Shown here in pieces: positions 12,015 to 25,369 of a stretch of DNA of 64,000 nt. This DNA comes from Hydrolagus affinis (Eukaryota). A program made the position numbers and the translations under genes. The notes under the pieces are model-generated. The model saw nothing but the letters and a program-made list of their open reading frames with translations. It was not told where the DNA came from and ran no database searches. The stretch covers positions 1 to 64,000 of the forward strand of contig JAAILG010000846.1 of NCBI GenBank assembly GCA_012026655.1, read 5' to 3'. How positions within the stretch are numbered: position 1 is the first letter of the stretch; every line of letters begins with the position of its first letter.

Positions 12015-12984
12015 CTGCAAAATAAAATATGTAATTACATTATTAATTTTCTTTAAGAAGAATGATCTTGTGCAATTTTATTATTTCCTTTGAATGCTAT
12101 CTGGAAGAAGACGGCAGAGCGATCGATTAGATTTAATGGAATGTATTTTATTTAAGAAAAGGCAGATTTTGAGTAGGACAGTATTCAAATTACAGTACTA
12201 GTGTTTTAAATTTATATTTTGAATCAAAATCTGATGGAAACTGTTAAATGAAGTACTGATGATACTTTTAAAATGAAAAACAGATTTGGACTATACACAG
12301 GTGTAACCAGTCAGATTCAAATGCCAAGTGCTATTCTGTTTAGCCCAAGTCCGTTTGGTAGTAGTAATCTGACAGTTCACTGGAAAATAATATATAATAT
12401 AGAAAGAAATAAAATTTAGATCAACTGTTAGAAACAAAATTTTGTATCCTAGTACAACAGAGTTATATATAATGAAATTCATAAAATTAAAATTGTCTTG
12501 AAATTCAGTTTCCATTTGACAGAGTTAGTTGAATCACGTGCGAGTATGCAGATTAGAGAACCAGATATAAAATAATCTACCTTGCTACAAATACAAAAAG
12601 AGCATGCGGCACTATTTTGCTCAAAACAAGATTATATTTGTAGAACTCTACGTTGACTTTGACACCAACTCAATGGGAAAAAGCCATGTGCAACAAAGAG
12701 CGGAAACCATGATTAGCCCAACCAGCAGCACAAAGGAATCTTTAAAGCTGAGGCACACATACAGCTTCCATCAAGAAGAAAACAATCCTCCTGCTCTATG
12801 ATCAGTAAAGATAAGGGGAAACCTAATAACCATGCCTCAATCTAGAGAAACTTTGCTACCCAAAAAAAGATGTAGGAATGGTTAGCAGCTTACTCACCCT
12901 TTGAAACTTGGGGAAGCTACAAACATTAAGGTATATTCTGTCTTAAAGCCACTCATGCAGATTCTGGTCAGAGGAATTTAAAAT

Positions 12985-13275
12985 TATAATAATAATTCTT
13001 GCTTTTGGTATAGCATTTTTCATGTCAGGATGTTCCAAACTGCTTTAAAATAATTCATGTGGTTTCACTATGTGTTTTCAGAGTGAACACAACAGCCAAT
13101 TGCACACAACACTGTGCCATAAAATAAGCCATGAAATGAATGAACAATTTTATTTGGGGGGCTTGATGGTGAGGACACTGGCAAAAATTCTTGTTTAGAA
13201 TAGTGTCTCGAGATCTTTAGCATCCACCCAAACAGGTAGTTGGGACCTCGGTTTAATGTCTCATCCAAAGGAAGA
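12985..13275 (-). mobile_element. HE1/V-SINE-like SINE fragment
   Basis: gagatctttagcatccacccaaacaggtagttgggacctcggtttaatgtctcatcc (V-domain-like) plus shared tail aataattcttgctttt..tatagc. Confidence 0.65.
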
Positions 13276-13519
13276 TTTGACATCAAAGTCCACAAAAGTT
13301 CAAAGAAAATGTCCTGCTCTTGAGACTGATTGCATCAGCCATAAGCCTAGTAATAAAATGTCAGTTTATAATTGTTAGTCAGGGTGCAATAGAAAATTAT
13401 TTTACCTTTTGGATACCTTTGCCACAATTGTCATGTCATGCATATATTTTATGGATGACTCTACTAACTCAATGACAACAGTGCATCAATTGCAACCAAA
13501 TCAACATATCTAATCAAAA

Positions 13520-13900
13520 ACAAACTGCATTTATATAGCTCCTTTCACGTTGGGATGACATCCCAAGGTGCTGGATAGTGAAGAATTGGCAACCGAAATG
13601 GGAATCTTGAAGAAGTTTGTCTCAATGGAGACATTACAGAGATGCATAGGAGTTTAAATAGGACTGAGAACTTAAATTCAGGACACTTTTAGATATACTG
13701 ACAGCAGAAAAAGACACTGGTGTGGATTGCATGATGCAATTTCAGGACAAACAGCAGGAAGAATTTCTTTATCCAGGGTAATTAACAACTAGAGCAGGTG
13801 ATCAGGAAATGTGGGTGAGGCCAGAAGACTGGACTAAAAAAACACCTGATGATGTGAGGGCGGTGGAGTGTTTTTTTTGGGAAGAATGAGATGAAATGGA
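13520..13900 (-). mobile_element. Degenerate L2-like LINE tail fragment
   Basis: ctgcatttatatagctcctttcacgttgggatgacatcccaaggtgctggatagt, same tail as 46550-46620. Confidence 0.5.
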
Positions 13901-15909
13901 CCGTAGGACATCCATCATCTAAACTGCTCATGTGAAAGGAAACAAATTCTAGGAGACATGGGACATTTTGACAAATCAAAAGATGTAATTCTAACCTTTA
14001 CATGACCAGTGAGGTCACATTTAAAGTACTGAGTGAAGTTTGTGAAAATGCTGATGCATTGCAGGCTTCAGAAAGAGGCATATTTGAGTAATTCTACTGC
14101 TTTGTGATTTAAATTATGAGGCAAAGACTCAGAGAGTTACAAGTTTAATAGAAAAAACCTAAACTTTTCTTATGGTATGATAACACTCGCAAGCAGTTTT
14201 TCTTATTACTTGAACTAGGCTCAGACCTAGATGTCACAGATTCCTTTCAATAAGCACCGTAAGCCAATTAAATGTAACCAAGTTACCAAGTCAAGAATCC
14301 AAACTAATCTTAAATGCGATCAACAACTGGAGCAAGTACCAAGGTACAAAGCTATTTCAACTCCTAATTTAACATCTGTGTTCTCTCTCTTCCCTCTTCT
14401 CCATCATCACATATTAGATGATGCTATCCTCTCCATAGTTAACATAATGTTTAATGGGCAATGGGAATCCTGTAATCACAACCAGCAGCCTTTTGATGAT
14501 ATCTTGTCAAGGGAATAGTTTATTTTGCAACATACGGTGATGCTTTATTTTCAGCGCCACATCAAAAATCAGACTGAAATTCCAAAACTAGCATGCAAAA
14601 CTATTTCAGCTGCAACATCAGTGGCTCATTCAGAATAATCATCTTTTAAACAACCAGTTTAATAACATTTCATCATTTTCCAAATATTTACAATTCATTG
14701 AGTCACTTATAAGGTAAAATAATTTACAAATGTAATTACTGCTTAAACGGTGGTGTGATAACTGCAGCAACTGATCAAAATAATGTACTATAATATACCA
14801 ATTGATTTGAGAAATTCCTATTCTTGAATTAATGACTATTTTAATTCAGTTGCTCTGGTCAAACTAGTGCACATTTCTTGCAACAGTCTTGGGGGGTAAA
14901 TCAGCCAAATAGTATTTTAATGACTAGAGATTTTAACATAGTAAATTTGGGGCAATAGAAATAATTGCGTGAGAAATAGTTGTCTATCAATTTGGCAAAG
15001 ATTCCAGAAACTTTGTATTCAGTGTGGTAAAGACACCAACATTTGTCTCATGCTTCCTCTACCAATCTTTCCCTCTAGTTTACTATCTCTGTACTCATTC
15101 CCTGCAGACTAACATTCAAGAAGATAGTACCAGTAAGTAGAAACTTGTCTGAAATGTGCGTAAAAATCAGTAGATTTCATTTGGGAGGCTGGGAATTTTT
15201 CTAATTTTCCATTCACAAATAACTTCACATGCTATATAAAATGTACTGATTTTGAAAACTTGCTATTTAGTCCTCAAAACAAATTGGCAAAAAAAGTTAA
15301 ATATCTTCACGTTTTTCAAAATAATGTACAATTTATTTTAGACTTTAAACTACATGTATATATATTTAGTTTTATATATCTATATATCGCTATATATATA
15401 TATATATATAGATCATTTAAAGTTGAAGACAGAAGGTTGAAACTGTAAACAATTCAGGTTACAATTCCTATTAAAGTAAGAAAACATAAGATTCAAAATA
15501 CTGGTACTTTCCATACTTGATTTCTTTATTAGACCACTAGGTGGAGCATTTTATGGATTACAGTATGCAGGAGGAAAATCATTGGCTCATTTGGCTTTCA
15601 AGAAGGAACTTGAAAGCCCATTGCTTATTATCATGAGCACTGATGTCCTGATTTGTGGAGACTTCTATAGATTATAGTCCCTCTGCACGACTGCAAGAAT
15701 CTTATAGAGACATGTATTCTTGAGAATTGGAATGGCCTAACAAATGGTAATGTTGAACACATATGAAATCAGAATGAAAAATGTAATCGCAACACTTTAC
15801 TTTTGTTTCCCCCCCAATCTACCCCAAAGAATTACATTTTTGAACTTTAAAGGCGTCTTGGCTATTTGTGGAACACTGTGGTGTATATTGTTGGGGAATT
15901 AGTCAAATA

Positions 15910-16119
15910 CAGTAAAAGCCTGTTTATCCGGCACCCTCGGGACCTGGTTAAAGCATGTGTCAGATATTTGGCCGAAAACACACAAAAAAAGTAAATTTTT
16001 TTAAAATACAGTACATTGTGCCAGATAAATTCAGATTAATTGAAAGGGGACCTTTTTTTGAAGTGCCGGTTATATGGAAGTTACGGTTGATCGGATCACG
16101 GATAAACGGGCTTTTACTG
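15910..16119 (+). mobile_element. Non-autonomous pogo/Tigger-like MITE (210 bp)
   Basis: TIRs CAGTAAAAGCCTGTTTATCCG ... CGGATAAACGGGCTTTTACTG, TA on both flanks; related copies at 31252 and 63205. Confidence 0.9.
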
Positions 16120-17439
16120 TACTACATTAGTAGTTAAGAAACAGATATAGAGATAGGCACTTGTTCAAAGAGCAAATTCCAACAGTCAGCACTCCCACGA
16201 GGGTGATATTTTGTGTATTGCCACAAACAAACAAAATCTATATGAAAGAAAACTACCAATTACGCTGGACAAAACAAAAATTGTGTTTATGAAGTAACCA
16301 GTCTCCAGGATGTTATCTTATTTTTAAGAATAACTGCAAATTGGGGAAGTAATAGCTCACCGTATAAAGCTTCCATTGCATTTCTTTCTGAGGGAGGTTG
16401 AAGACTTTCAAAGCCAGAAAACTGTTCATCAAAATCTTTTGATGAAAAAATGCCTGCAAGGAATTACGTTTGCCTGAACGATCGTGGTCAAAGACCCGCT
16501 CTCACAGTCTTATTAACAGAACAAACTCATTTTACTGCATCTACTAAAGCACGTCTTTCTTCCAATGTAAAATAGGTTAAATGCCACATTTTGAAAACAT
16601 CGTGAACTTTTCAGACTGGTCACAATTTATTGTTTTCTCCTAGTCTCCCGTTTCCAAAAAATGATTAAGATCTAGGATTATTCTCTCTTTCAAGGATCCC
16701 ACAAGAAATCAATTTTCATTCAATTAATTTATACTGCAATACTCAGTGAATCATTTATCTGAAGTGAATTTTTTGGGAATATCTGACATCTATCCATTGA
16801 GGAATGGACTCATATTCGTTTCTACATTGTTTTAAAGGTCATAGAGATTGAAATCCCACTGTTTGAGCCATGAAACCTTTGATTCTTGATTAAATGTATA
16901 CCATATTTTGAAATACTTTAAATATAAGAATAATTATTCAGATAGCGAGGCTTGCATATTGATCAACAAAATAGTTGAAAAGGAGATAGAACAAGCATTT
17001 CAAACACAATTCTATTTTCTGGATTTTTTTCCTAGTTTAATTTTGTATCTCTCATAGAACACAGCATTTTTTCTATAATGCTGACATGAGAGTCATTATA
17101 TTAGATTTCGTTAGATGAATTAACGTAATGCTTAGCTCTAGCCTCACTGAAACTAATACACCAGCAGACATTACATTTGGCCATTCAAAACAAAGCAATC
17201 TGAATTCTGGTATTTCTAAGTCTTGTCATAAAAGTATGCTACAGTATGACAATTAAGTCATTTCAAACTGACCAATTCTGTAAGGATGTTTGCAGTTTCA
17301 AAAACAATGAATAGAAAAAGCCTGAGATCACTTCAGGAATGCAAACTTCATTTGGTTTCCATTCACTTAAATATAACTGGAGCACATATGAACACAAGAA
17401 CATGGGAAATACTAGACGAAAAAAGACCAAAGTCTATCT

Positions 17440-18600
17440 TATTCGTTTTCCACTTCTCTTAAAGACAGCAATCATGTTGCCTCTTAATCTTCTCTTTTCC
17501 AGCGTGAACATGCCCAATTTACTTAATCACTCCTCACAATCCGGTCCTCACAGTCCGGTCCAAACCTTAGGTCTGCTCCATGTTTCCCGTCCAACCATCA
17601 ATGGCTCGGCTTTCAGCCTCTCTGCCCCTACACTCTAGAATTCCATCCCACAGTCCCTTTGCCTCGCTTGCCTCTTTCATGGCCAGTCTCAAGACCCTCC
17701 TTTTCGATTGTGCCTTCCCATCTCTCTCCCTCCCCCTTTGATACATCCCAACATTTGATTTGCTTTACTTACTGCCACAGAGCATTGTTGGGAGAGCTTC
17801 AATATTGTAAATCAGGAACCCAGGTCCTCTTCATTTTCTATTCATATTTTCCAACTATTCAAATAATAGTCCCTTCCAGGATTTTTTGTACTTTACATTC
17901 CTCAGCATTGAATTTCATCTGCCACCAATCTGCCCAATTCCCAAGAATATTCAAATCCTCCTTTAACTATCATGTTCCACCTTCATTAGCTTGGAAACTT
18001 AGCCACTAAGTCCGCAATTCCTAGTTCCAGATCATTTATAAACATATTGAACAAAAAAGGTCCTGAAACAGACCCTTGTGGAACTCCACTGGTACCATTT
18101 TCCCAGTCTGATGACATTCCCTCTATCACCACCCTCTGGGTTCTTCAGTCAACCAACTGCATATCCACTGTACTATACCTCCACTGATTCCTGCTTTCTG
18201 TACTTTCACGCCCTGATCTGCCTGGATTTGAACACAGGTCTCACACTTGTAAGGCGAGTGCTCTAACCACTGAGCTACAGGAGCTCCTCAATACCAGAGG
18301 AGTTCCCTTTGTTCCCAAGAGGAACTGTAACAAAGGCCTTATTGAAATCCAGATATACAACAACCACAGCTTTACCCTTATCGAGCTTCTTTGTCTCACC
18401 GTCAAAGAAAACCAGTAAATTAGATTGGCAAGACCTTCCCTTTGTGAACCCATATTAGCTATCATTTATGATTTTATTTCTGTCTGGATGCCCCATGATT
18501 TTATCCTTATTAATAAACTCCATATTGGGTCAATTTGGTACCTTTCTTAAAAACATGAGTAACATCTGGATTTCTCCACTTCCCCAGCACCTCTCCAGTA
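17440..18600 (-). mobile_element. Degenerate CR1-type LINE region with nested insertions
   Basis: Reverse-strand RT remnants (ttggaaact..gcc ~ KFADDT region; aaggccttattgaaatccagatatac ~ VYLDFxKAF), interrupted by an L2-like tail (~17545-17720) and a SINE head (~18205-18286). Confidence 0.65.
18205..18286 (-). mobile_element. tRNA-derived SINE head
   Basis: Reverse complement gagctcctgtagctcagtggttagagcactcgcc...gtgttcaaatcc has A- and B-box; same head as 56008 and 30362. Confidence 0.75.
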
Positions 18601-18639
18601 TTTTGTGATTTTTGAAAAATTTGTGCCAAGATTTATATG

Positions 18640-19020
18640 AAACAAAAAGAAGCAGTTGCATTTTACAGTGGCCCGTGCCTTGAACCACTTCACAGGGAAT
18701 TACTGTCAAGTGTGGTGACATGTTTTGTAGGCAAACATGGCAGCCATTTGAGTCAGCTTCACCTCACAAGCAGCCCTACGGTTAAAGATCAATTATTCTT
18801 GAGAATTGTTTGTCAAGACAATGGGAGAAACTCCTTTCCCTTTTTGAATAGTATCAAGGGATTTTGATCATCCGCTTTAAACAGCACCTTGCCTGAATAT
18901 TACTTTAAAAATATAGCACCTTTGACTCTCTAGCACGGACCCTGTATTACACTGGAATAATAAACTGCGGGCTCAAGTACCAATAAAGTGAACCGTCTGA
19001 GCCAGTGGTGAGAGAGTGAT
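18640..19020 (-). mobile_element. Degenerate HE1-like SINE
   Basis: gtaggcaaacatggcagccattt; gggagaaactcctttccctttttgaatagtatcaagggatttt. Confidence 0.55.
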
Positions 19021-19247
19021 TTCAAAAATCGTAGGCTGAAAGGGTCATCCTTACAGATTTAAAGTTATTGAGTAGATGGCTAGGATACCAGCCTTTTCTG
19101 TTAAAAATAAATCAAATTTGGTTGCCATTTTCACCCCCCCCCCCCACCTTGGAATTGGGAGATATTAATCTATCCAAAGTATACATCATACATCATAATA
19201 AAATAGTAGTAGACCCACATAATTTCCTTCCGTGATAGGACTATTTT

Positions 19248-19545
19248 GTGGTGCCAGCCTGGCTCCATTGATATCAGTCTCGTCAGAAGCTTGTTGATTC
19301 ATGCCGCAGTGTCAGTCTAGGCTGATACTCCAGTGCAATGCTGGAAGAGTCCTGTATTGTCAGCAGTCCTCTTCATCAGATGAAATGTTAACAGGTTCTG
19401 TCTGCCTTTTGAATTCAAAAAGTGAAGGGAGTTTTTTCTGGGGTCCTAAACAAGAAAACCCCAAATAAAATTGGTCATCGACTTCATGGCTGTTTGTATG
19501 ATATTACTAAATATAAATTGTCTGCTGTGTTTACCTACAGATATT
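19248..19545 (+). mobile_element. Degenerate HE1/V-SINE-like SINE
   Basis: tctaggctgatactccagtgcaatgctggaagagtcctgtattgtcag...gatgaaatgttaacaggttctgtctgcc...aaattgtctgctgtgtttacctaca. Confidence 0.65.
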
Positions 19546-22500
19546 ATTATATATCAGACCAATTCAAATTTGCTTTATAGTTCAGGCCAATTCCGACAGC
19601 CATAAGGTGGAAGTTTTCTATCTCGACCATGAAAAAGTAAATATTTGCCTGATAAACATGTTAGGTACTTGACGATTCAAGTCTGCTGCAGTTTAAATTT
19701 TGTAACAAACATGGATATTCAAATACACATCGAAGTGGCGACACAAATTCTGAGGCCATAAATTAGCCATCATCATGGTGGCCATGTTTAAAGGTGTGAA
19801 GATAACAATTGAATTATCAGCCCATTTCAAACTATTTTGGATTTCTGACATTCAAGGCTAAACTACCGGTTTGAAGCAGAGGAGATGTCTACCAGGCACA
19901 GTTGATTAACCCCTAATCATCCAGCTGCTCTTGGACCCAATTGTAAGTGTAATTACTTTTTGTCAGGTACAATTTGCTTGATAAACATGTCAGAACACTT
20001 GCTGCTTAGTCTATTTCAACAGATAACTGCTGTCCATCCACAGCCTACAGGCACAATTAACAAAGAAGAGGGCTGTTATAAAACACATAGAAGCTAATTC
20101 ACTAAAGGAGACCTAAAAAGAAATCTCTACCTGACCTCTGGATAACCTAAGCAGGAGATTAGCCCATTTCCAAACAAGCAGCCTGTCACACACAGCTTGG
20201 CCAATTGCTCCCATTGCCACCGTGCATAAAGTTCTTACACAGGCTAATGAGGGCAGACTGTTGCGCTATTACTGCATTGCTATTATTTCTACACCCTGGC
20301 TTAAGCCAAGTATTGCAAATGCTATTCATCAATACAAGCAATGTCAATAGAAAGGGCTTAAAAGTTGAGGGAATAAAGGTTAAAAGTTCAAAACAGATTT
20401 TAATTAGAAAACTTTAATACCAATGCTTCACAGTCAAGAAACTTGATGAATGCTTTACTAATATTTATACTTTGAACATTAGAAGGTTGATATCATTATT
20501 TGCAATTTCCTCCTGTTTTGATGTAGAGTATTTTCAAATAGTTTCTGAGAATCACCCGAGGGCTACTCTTATTTTCTATATAAAAATGCAAATAGCATAA
20601 TTTTCACACTTGGCCTTCCAATTAAGGCGAATTAAGCTCCTTCTTTTATCGGGTGCTGACTGGTTCTCAGACATATTTACTCATCCCCGTTAGTACCCAG
20701 CCCCTCTCATTCCTACTGAGAGTGGCTATCAAGGAAATGAATGTATACAAACTCTTAAGACTGTTAAGACACACACAACAAAGCTAACACTTCCTGAAAA
20801 GACAGCAATTTATTAGCAGCTCAATAGCCAAACTATAAAAATTACCTATACTTCCCAGGTTTGCGTCACATACCAAAAATCCAACAAGATCCTTGACTTT
20901 TTGTTAAACCTGCAGTTGCTTTGATCAGAGGTGCAAACAGCCTCTCTGAGGGATATGAAAGCCACCTGCTGTGGCTGGCAGGGCAGTTGCTAATTGGTAA
21001 ATTCTTCAGAACTTGTCTAACAGATCCCAGGTTTTTACAGGAAAGTAAAAACAAAAGCATTGACGGTAGCACAATGAAAGCCAGCTTCTAGGCACTATGC
21101 ATCAAAGGCAAAAAAAAACTGGTTGAGACCTGTAAAACCAAACAATCGTGCATTCAAAAAATGATTTCCGTCTTCTCAGAATTAACATTTGATGACCAAA
21201 AGTTATAGACTTGTCCAATTTTATTTCCAGACTAAAATTATCGTATCGCAATATGATGGGAATGTTGCCTTTGTTTCTGAAGAATGACCTCTCACACACA
21301 GGTGAGTAAAATGAAACTCCGAGAAATTGACAGCTGGAACTGAAGAATTGGTTATTTTCCTGGGGAAGAAGCAAGTTATTTGGGTTCACACTAATCCTGC
21401 TGAACCCTTATGCCTCCCGCCCACAGGGCAAGTTCCTTCCCAAAACTAGACCCTCAGGCTAACACACTGTGAGAAGCTTAGTTTTGTTATATGCATAACT
21501 AAGCCCAACGGCATGTATGCCGTTACAATTCTCAAACACAGCCACTTAACCTGAGCTTAAGCATAAAAAAATGCACATTGCAGGAGCTGCATCTCCAAGT
21601 AAATCATCTGCTGGTAAACTTGAACCAATATTCTTTTAACTGTTAAATCTCCTTATAACACATGTAATGCTGGGTTTACATTAATGCCACCTGCTATACA
21701 ATAAGAGATGCTTAAGTGGCAGCACTTAAACTTCATTGCTCATTGAGCAAACCAGCCTTTTCAATTGAAAATGAATGTTTTGTGGTTTTGTTTAAGTGCA
21801 TACAAGATCAGCGTCATAATATGTTCTGGCACATGGAAAAATTGACACCTATCTTTTTTTACCCGATAATGTCAGCAGAGGTTTGTTGCTGCTCTAAAAC
21901 ATTGGCTTATTTGCCCCCAATATATTTAGGTTGTTTCAGGTCAGGAAAAAAAGCATCAATGTTTTTGCCCAAACACAGTGCATCGAACAGGAAGGATCCA
22001 GTGAATCTTAACAGGATGGATTCATTGCCATGAATGTGTAGATAAAAAGACTGTTTGTGTTTGTTCAATAATTGGGAGCAGAACAGCCCTTCGTTTTGGC
22101 AAAACTTGTTCAGTATCCAGTACTTCAATTCAGGTAACCTATTCTGTTTTAGATCCGCTCATTTTGAGTTAGCCAGAAGATCCATAGTGAAGATGCAGTA
22201 CAAGAGACAAAACAAGCAAACTGTATAAGCACCTGAGGGGGATCTTTCTATATATACGGCAGCCAAATGTGCAAGAGCACTGTTTTAATATTGTCTTTAT
22301 GTTATGAGTTTACCTTCAGAGGCAAGCTGTCTCTACCGGCAACTCATAAAGAAAAACAAGCAGATTTCCCAGCGCTGAATGTAGCACCCGTATTGTTACC
22401 TTTGCAAAGAGGAGATCCTGCTGCATAATGAAAAGGGTTGGCACAACAGAAATCAGACCTAATAATGATCTGCACAGGCACAAACGTTTGATGTCATTGT

Positions 22501-24017
22501 GGAAGCAATGTGACGTTGTCAGATGTTCACAACATGAGTAAAACCATTAAGACATTTATTTGCAGGATCTCTACTACCCAAATAGTTGAAACATTTTCCT
22601 GCAAGTCTCCTCCAAAACTGTGGAGATGATGTAAAAGTGGTGGAGATTGAAAACGCAGCAGCTCCTTCAGTTTGGTACCACAATTTGAGCCTCTTTAAAC
22701 CACAACATAAAAGTGCTATGTAATGCCTTCACAATACAATAAAATAGGACATTACACTTACAAGGCATTAAGTTCCTCACAATCAGAATTCAGAGTATCA
22801 ATAGCACACAAAGGTGACATTTAACTAAACTTGTTCATAAAATTACTGAGCAAATTTTCCATTGAATGTTTCTCAACAACGTGCCAGTAACTCATCCCAT
22901 CTGCAAAGGACAATCTTGAGAAAGGCAACATAATCTGCACACAAGGGTATTAATTAACTTGGCTCCTTAGTGGCTGTGGATTTTGCATGAAGTAGCATAA
23001 ACCCTCTATAGGGAGAAGTTGAATGGATTTGATGCAATTCTTCCCAGCTGGGTAAGTGAATTTCTATCAAATCTGTTCCCTTAGCTGACAAGAGTGTTGG
23101 CGTTTTGACTGGATAATGAGCAAGCGATCAAAGAAAACAACCTAAAAATGCAAAACATTATGCATATATGGTTTTATAAACCCCATTAGCATTGAAGCAC
23201 ACAAATAGCTGTGTGATTCCTTTCTTTTTATGGTAGAAGAGAAGAATTCTGAGTAGTTAATAAATTTCCTTTGTTATAACCTTTTTAAGTAGGGCAACCT
23301 GGGGGATAGGGCAGCACCCCTCAATTGCATTCATACTCGATTTAAAATCCTTTAACGCCATCACTGGAGCAACCCAATCTAAAGGTTTGAACAAAAACAC
23401 TATCTAGAGTACAGAAAGTTCATAGATCATATACAAGCTCAGACATAAATTCTCTTTTTAATGCTAATTTTGTTATTGATCAGTATGGTAGATAAATATG
23501 AATTGTATTTGAAATAATGAAAATACCGATGAAACTCTACTGCACTTCACATAACAAATTTGATTTTAAATCATATAAGACCACATTACAACTGTTATAA
23601 CTTAAGACAGTTCTGTAGCAACCCAATATTCTGGTTTAGCACAAATGATATGGTCAATATTAGCACATGTATTCACAATTTGAGTTTTTAATACTTTGAT
23701 ATTTTCACTTCAATTTTACAGAACAATAAAAAGTGAAAGTAGAACACAATATACTTCCTCTAGAAAGGCACTAATGCAAAACTACTGAGAAACAGAACTA
23801 AAACATGTACAAAGGAGAAAACGGTATAGTTAACTATAAGCAGGGTTATTTCATCAAAATGTGAGAGAGGAGAGCAACCCAATATTCGCAGGAGAATGTA
23901 AATCATAAGAAATTTCTTCTCCCTCCCGTTTGCATGGTTAAATAACAATAGTACCTGGACTTGATAATTACACCTCCTCCCATCAAGATATATCACATTT
24001 TTCACTGTAAACTGTGT

Positions 24018-24412
24018 ATAATAATAAATAATAATCCTTGCATTTGATATCGCGCGTTTCATGCCATATAGACGTCTCAAAAGCACTTCACCGAATATAC
24101 TGTAAAGTGAATTGACTGTATATTTGAAGGTATAAACAGCAGCCAAATTGTGCACAGCAATATCCCACAAACAGCCATGGAGTGAATGACCTATTGTATT
24201 TGGGGGGAAATGCTATCCACATCACAGGGAGAAACTTATTCCCTTTTTTAAATAGTGCCACTGGATCTTTAACAGGGAACTTAGTTTAATGAGGTACCTA
24301 CAACAATCTGCACACACACACACCACTACAATATAATGTCAGCATAAACACAACATTGGACTTGAACGTCCAAACTTCCGACTCTGAGGCAACAATCCTA
24401 CCAATTGAGCCA
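24018..24412 (-). mobile_element. SINE, (TTA)n-tailed family with degenerate head
   Basis: ataatccttgcatttgatatcgcgc...gacgtctcaaaagcacttcaccgaatatactgtaaagtgaattgactg; many copies in this window. Confidence 0.8.
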
Positions 24413-24974
24413 GGCTGATAAATTGTGGCTTTCCATGTGTTCAATTTTATAACCCCCCCCACTCCACCAAAAATACAACGCAAGGTAATTTGCAACCAAT
24501 TATTGAAATATGTTCCATCTTATTCTATTCCCCCACCCCAGAACACCTAGCCAAGCATTTTTCAGTTACAAGCTACAAAACTCAGTAATTAACAAAACAA
24601 GTAGCTTGATGGTATTAAAAACAACAAGCATGCCATTTCTACTGACTGGTCTTTGAAATCCAACCTCTTCCCTGTCCAACCCTGTTAAGCAAGGCAATTT
24701 GGCTAATCCAGAACAAAGCAGAAAGTGTTGAAAGAGTCACGCCAAAGGACATTGTTAAGTAAAGTTTTAAAATCCATCACTCCACAGACTTTTGTTCTAG
24801 TTCCTTACTCTTTTCTCCCTTCCTAAATAAATCTTGCCTACTGTTTCAGTTCTCAAGTGCTATGATCAAGCACCAGTTGCAGCGCAATACTTCATTAGCA
24901 GCCAGAAACTGGAACTGAAATAGTCTTTTCTGCCCAAAACAAGCACAAGAGATACGGGGAATGTTGAGATACCA

Positions 24975-25190
24975 TGTTCTGGGGAGAGATGCTAAACCGG
25001 GTTCCATTTGCCTGTTCAGGTGCATGTTAAATATCCTATGGCAAGATTCAAAAAGAGAGTTTCTCACAGTTAGCCAGAAGAAACTCACGCAGAGAATTTT
25101 TCCTAGCTAACAATTCTCATTATAAAATTGCTTACTCACTTCACGGCCATCTGTGGTATCTTGGTGTGCACAAATTATTTGCCAAATAAA
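24975..25190 (+). mobile_element. HE1/V-SINE-like fragment
   Basis: gagatgctaaaccgggttccatttgcctgttcaggtgcatgttaaatatcctatggcaagattcaaaaagag. Confidence 0.6.
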
Positions 25191-25369
25191 AGTAAAAGAA
25201 AAACACTTTGAGATGATGAATATTCTACACATTATTTCAAACGCAAGAATTACTACAACTTTGTGGAATGTATCAAATACATCTCCTCTTTAATATTCCA
25301 GGTACACTGAATTTGTTTGAGATTTTTGTATTATTGGCTATTATTTAAAATCTTATGTTGGATCTGACC

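Noticed and set aside
12898-12947. Minus-strand donor GG|GTGAGT with nearby AG
   Set aside because: Poor pyrimidine tract and 50-nt frameshifting length.
18205-18286. tRNA gene candidates here and at ~30300-30362 and ~56006-56075
   Set aside because: No complete cloverleaf; they continue into, or match, SINE body sequence.
23760-24170. 136-aa ORF and related ORFs at 44776, 54559, 59991
   Set aside because: Shared peptide text is translation of the same SINE tail.
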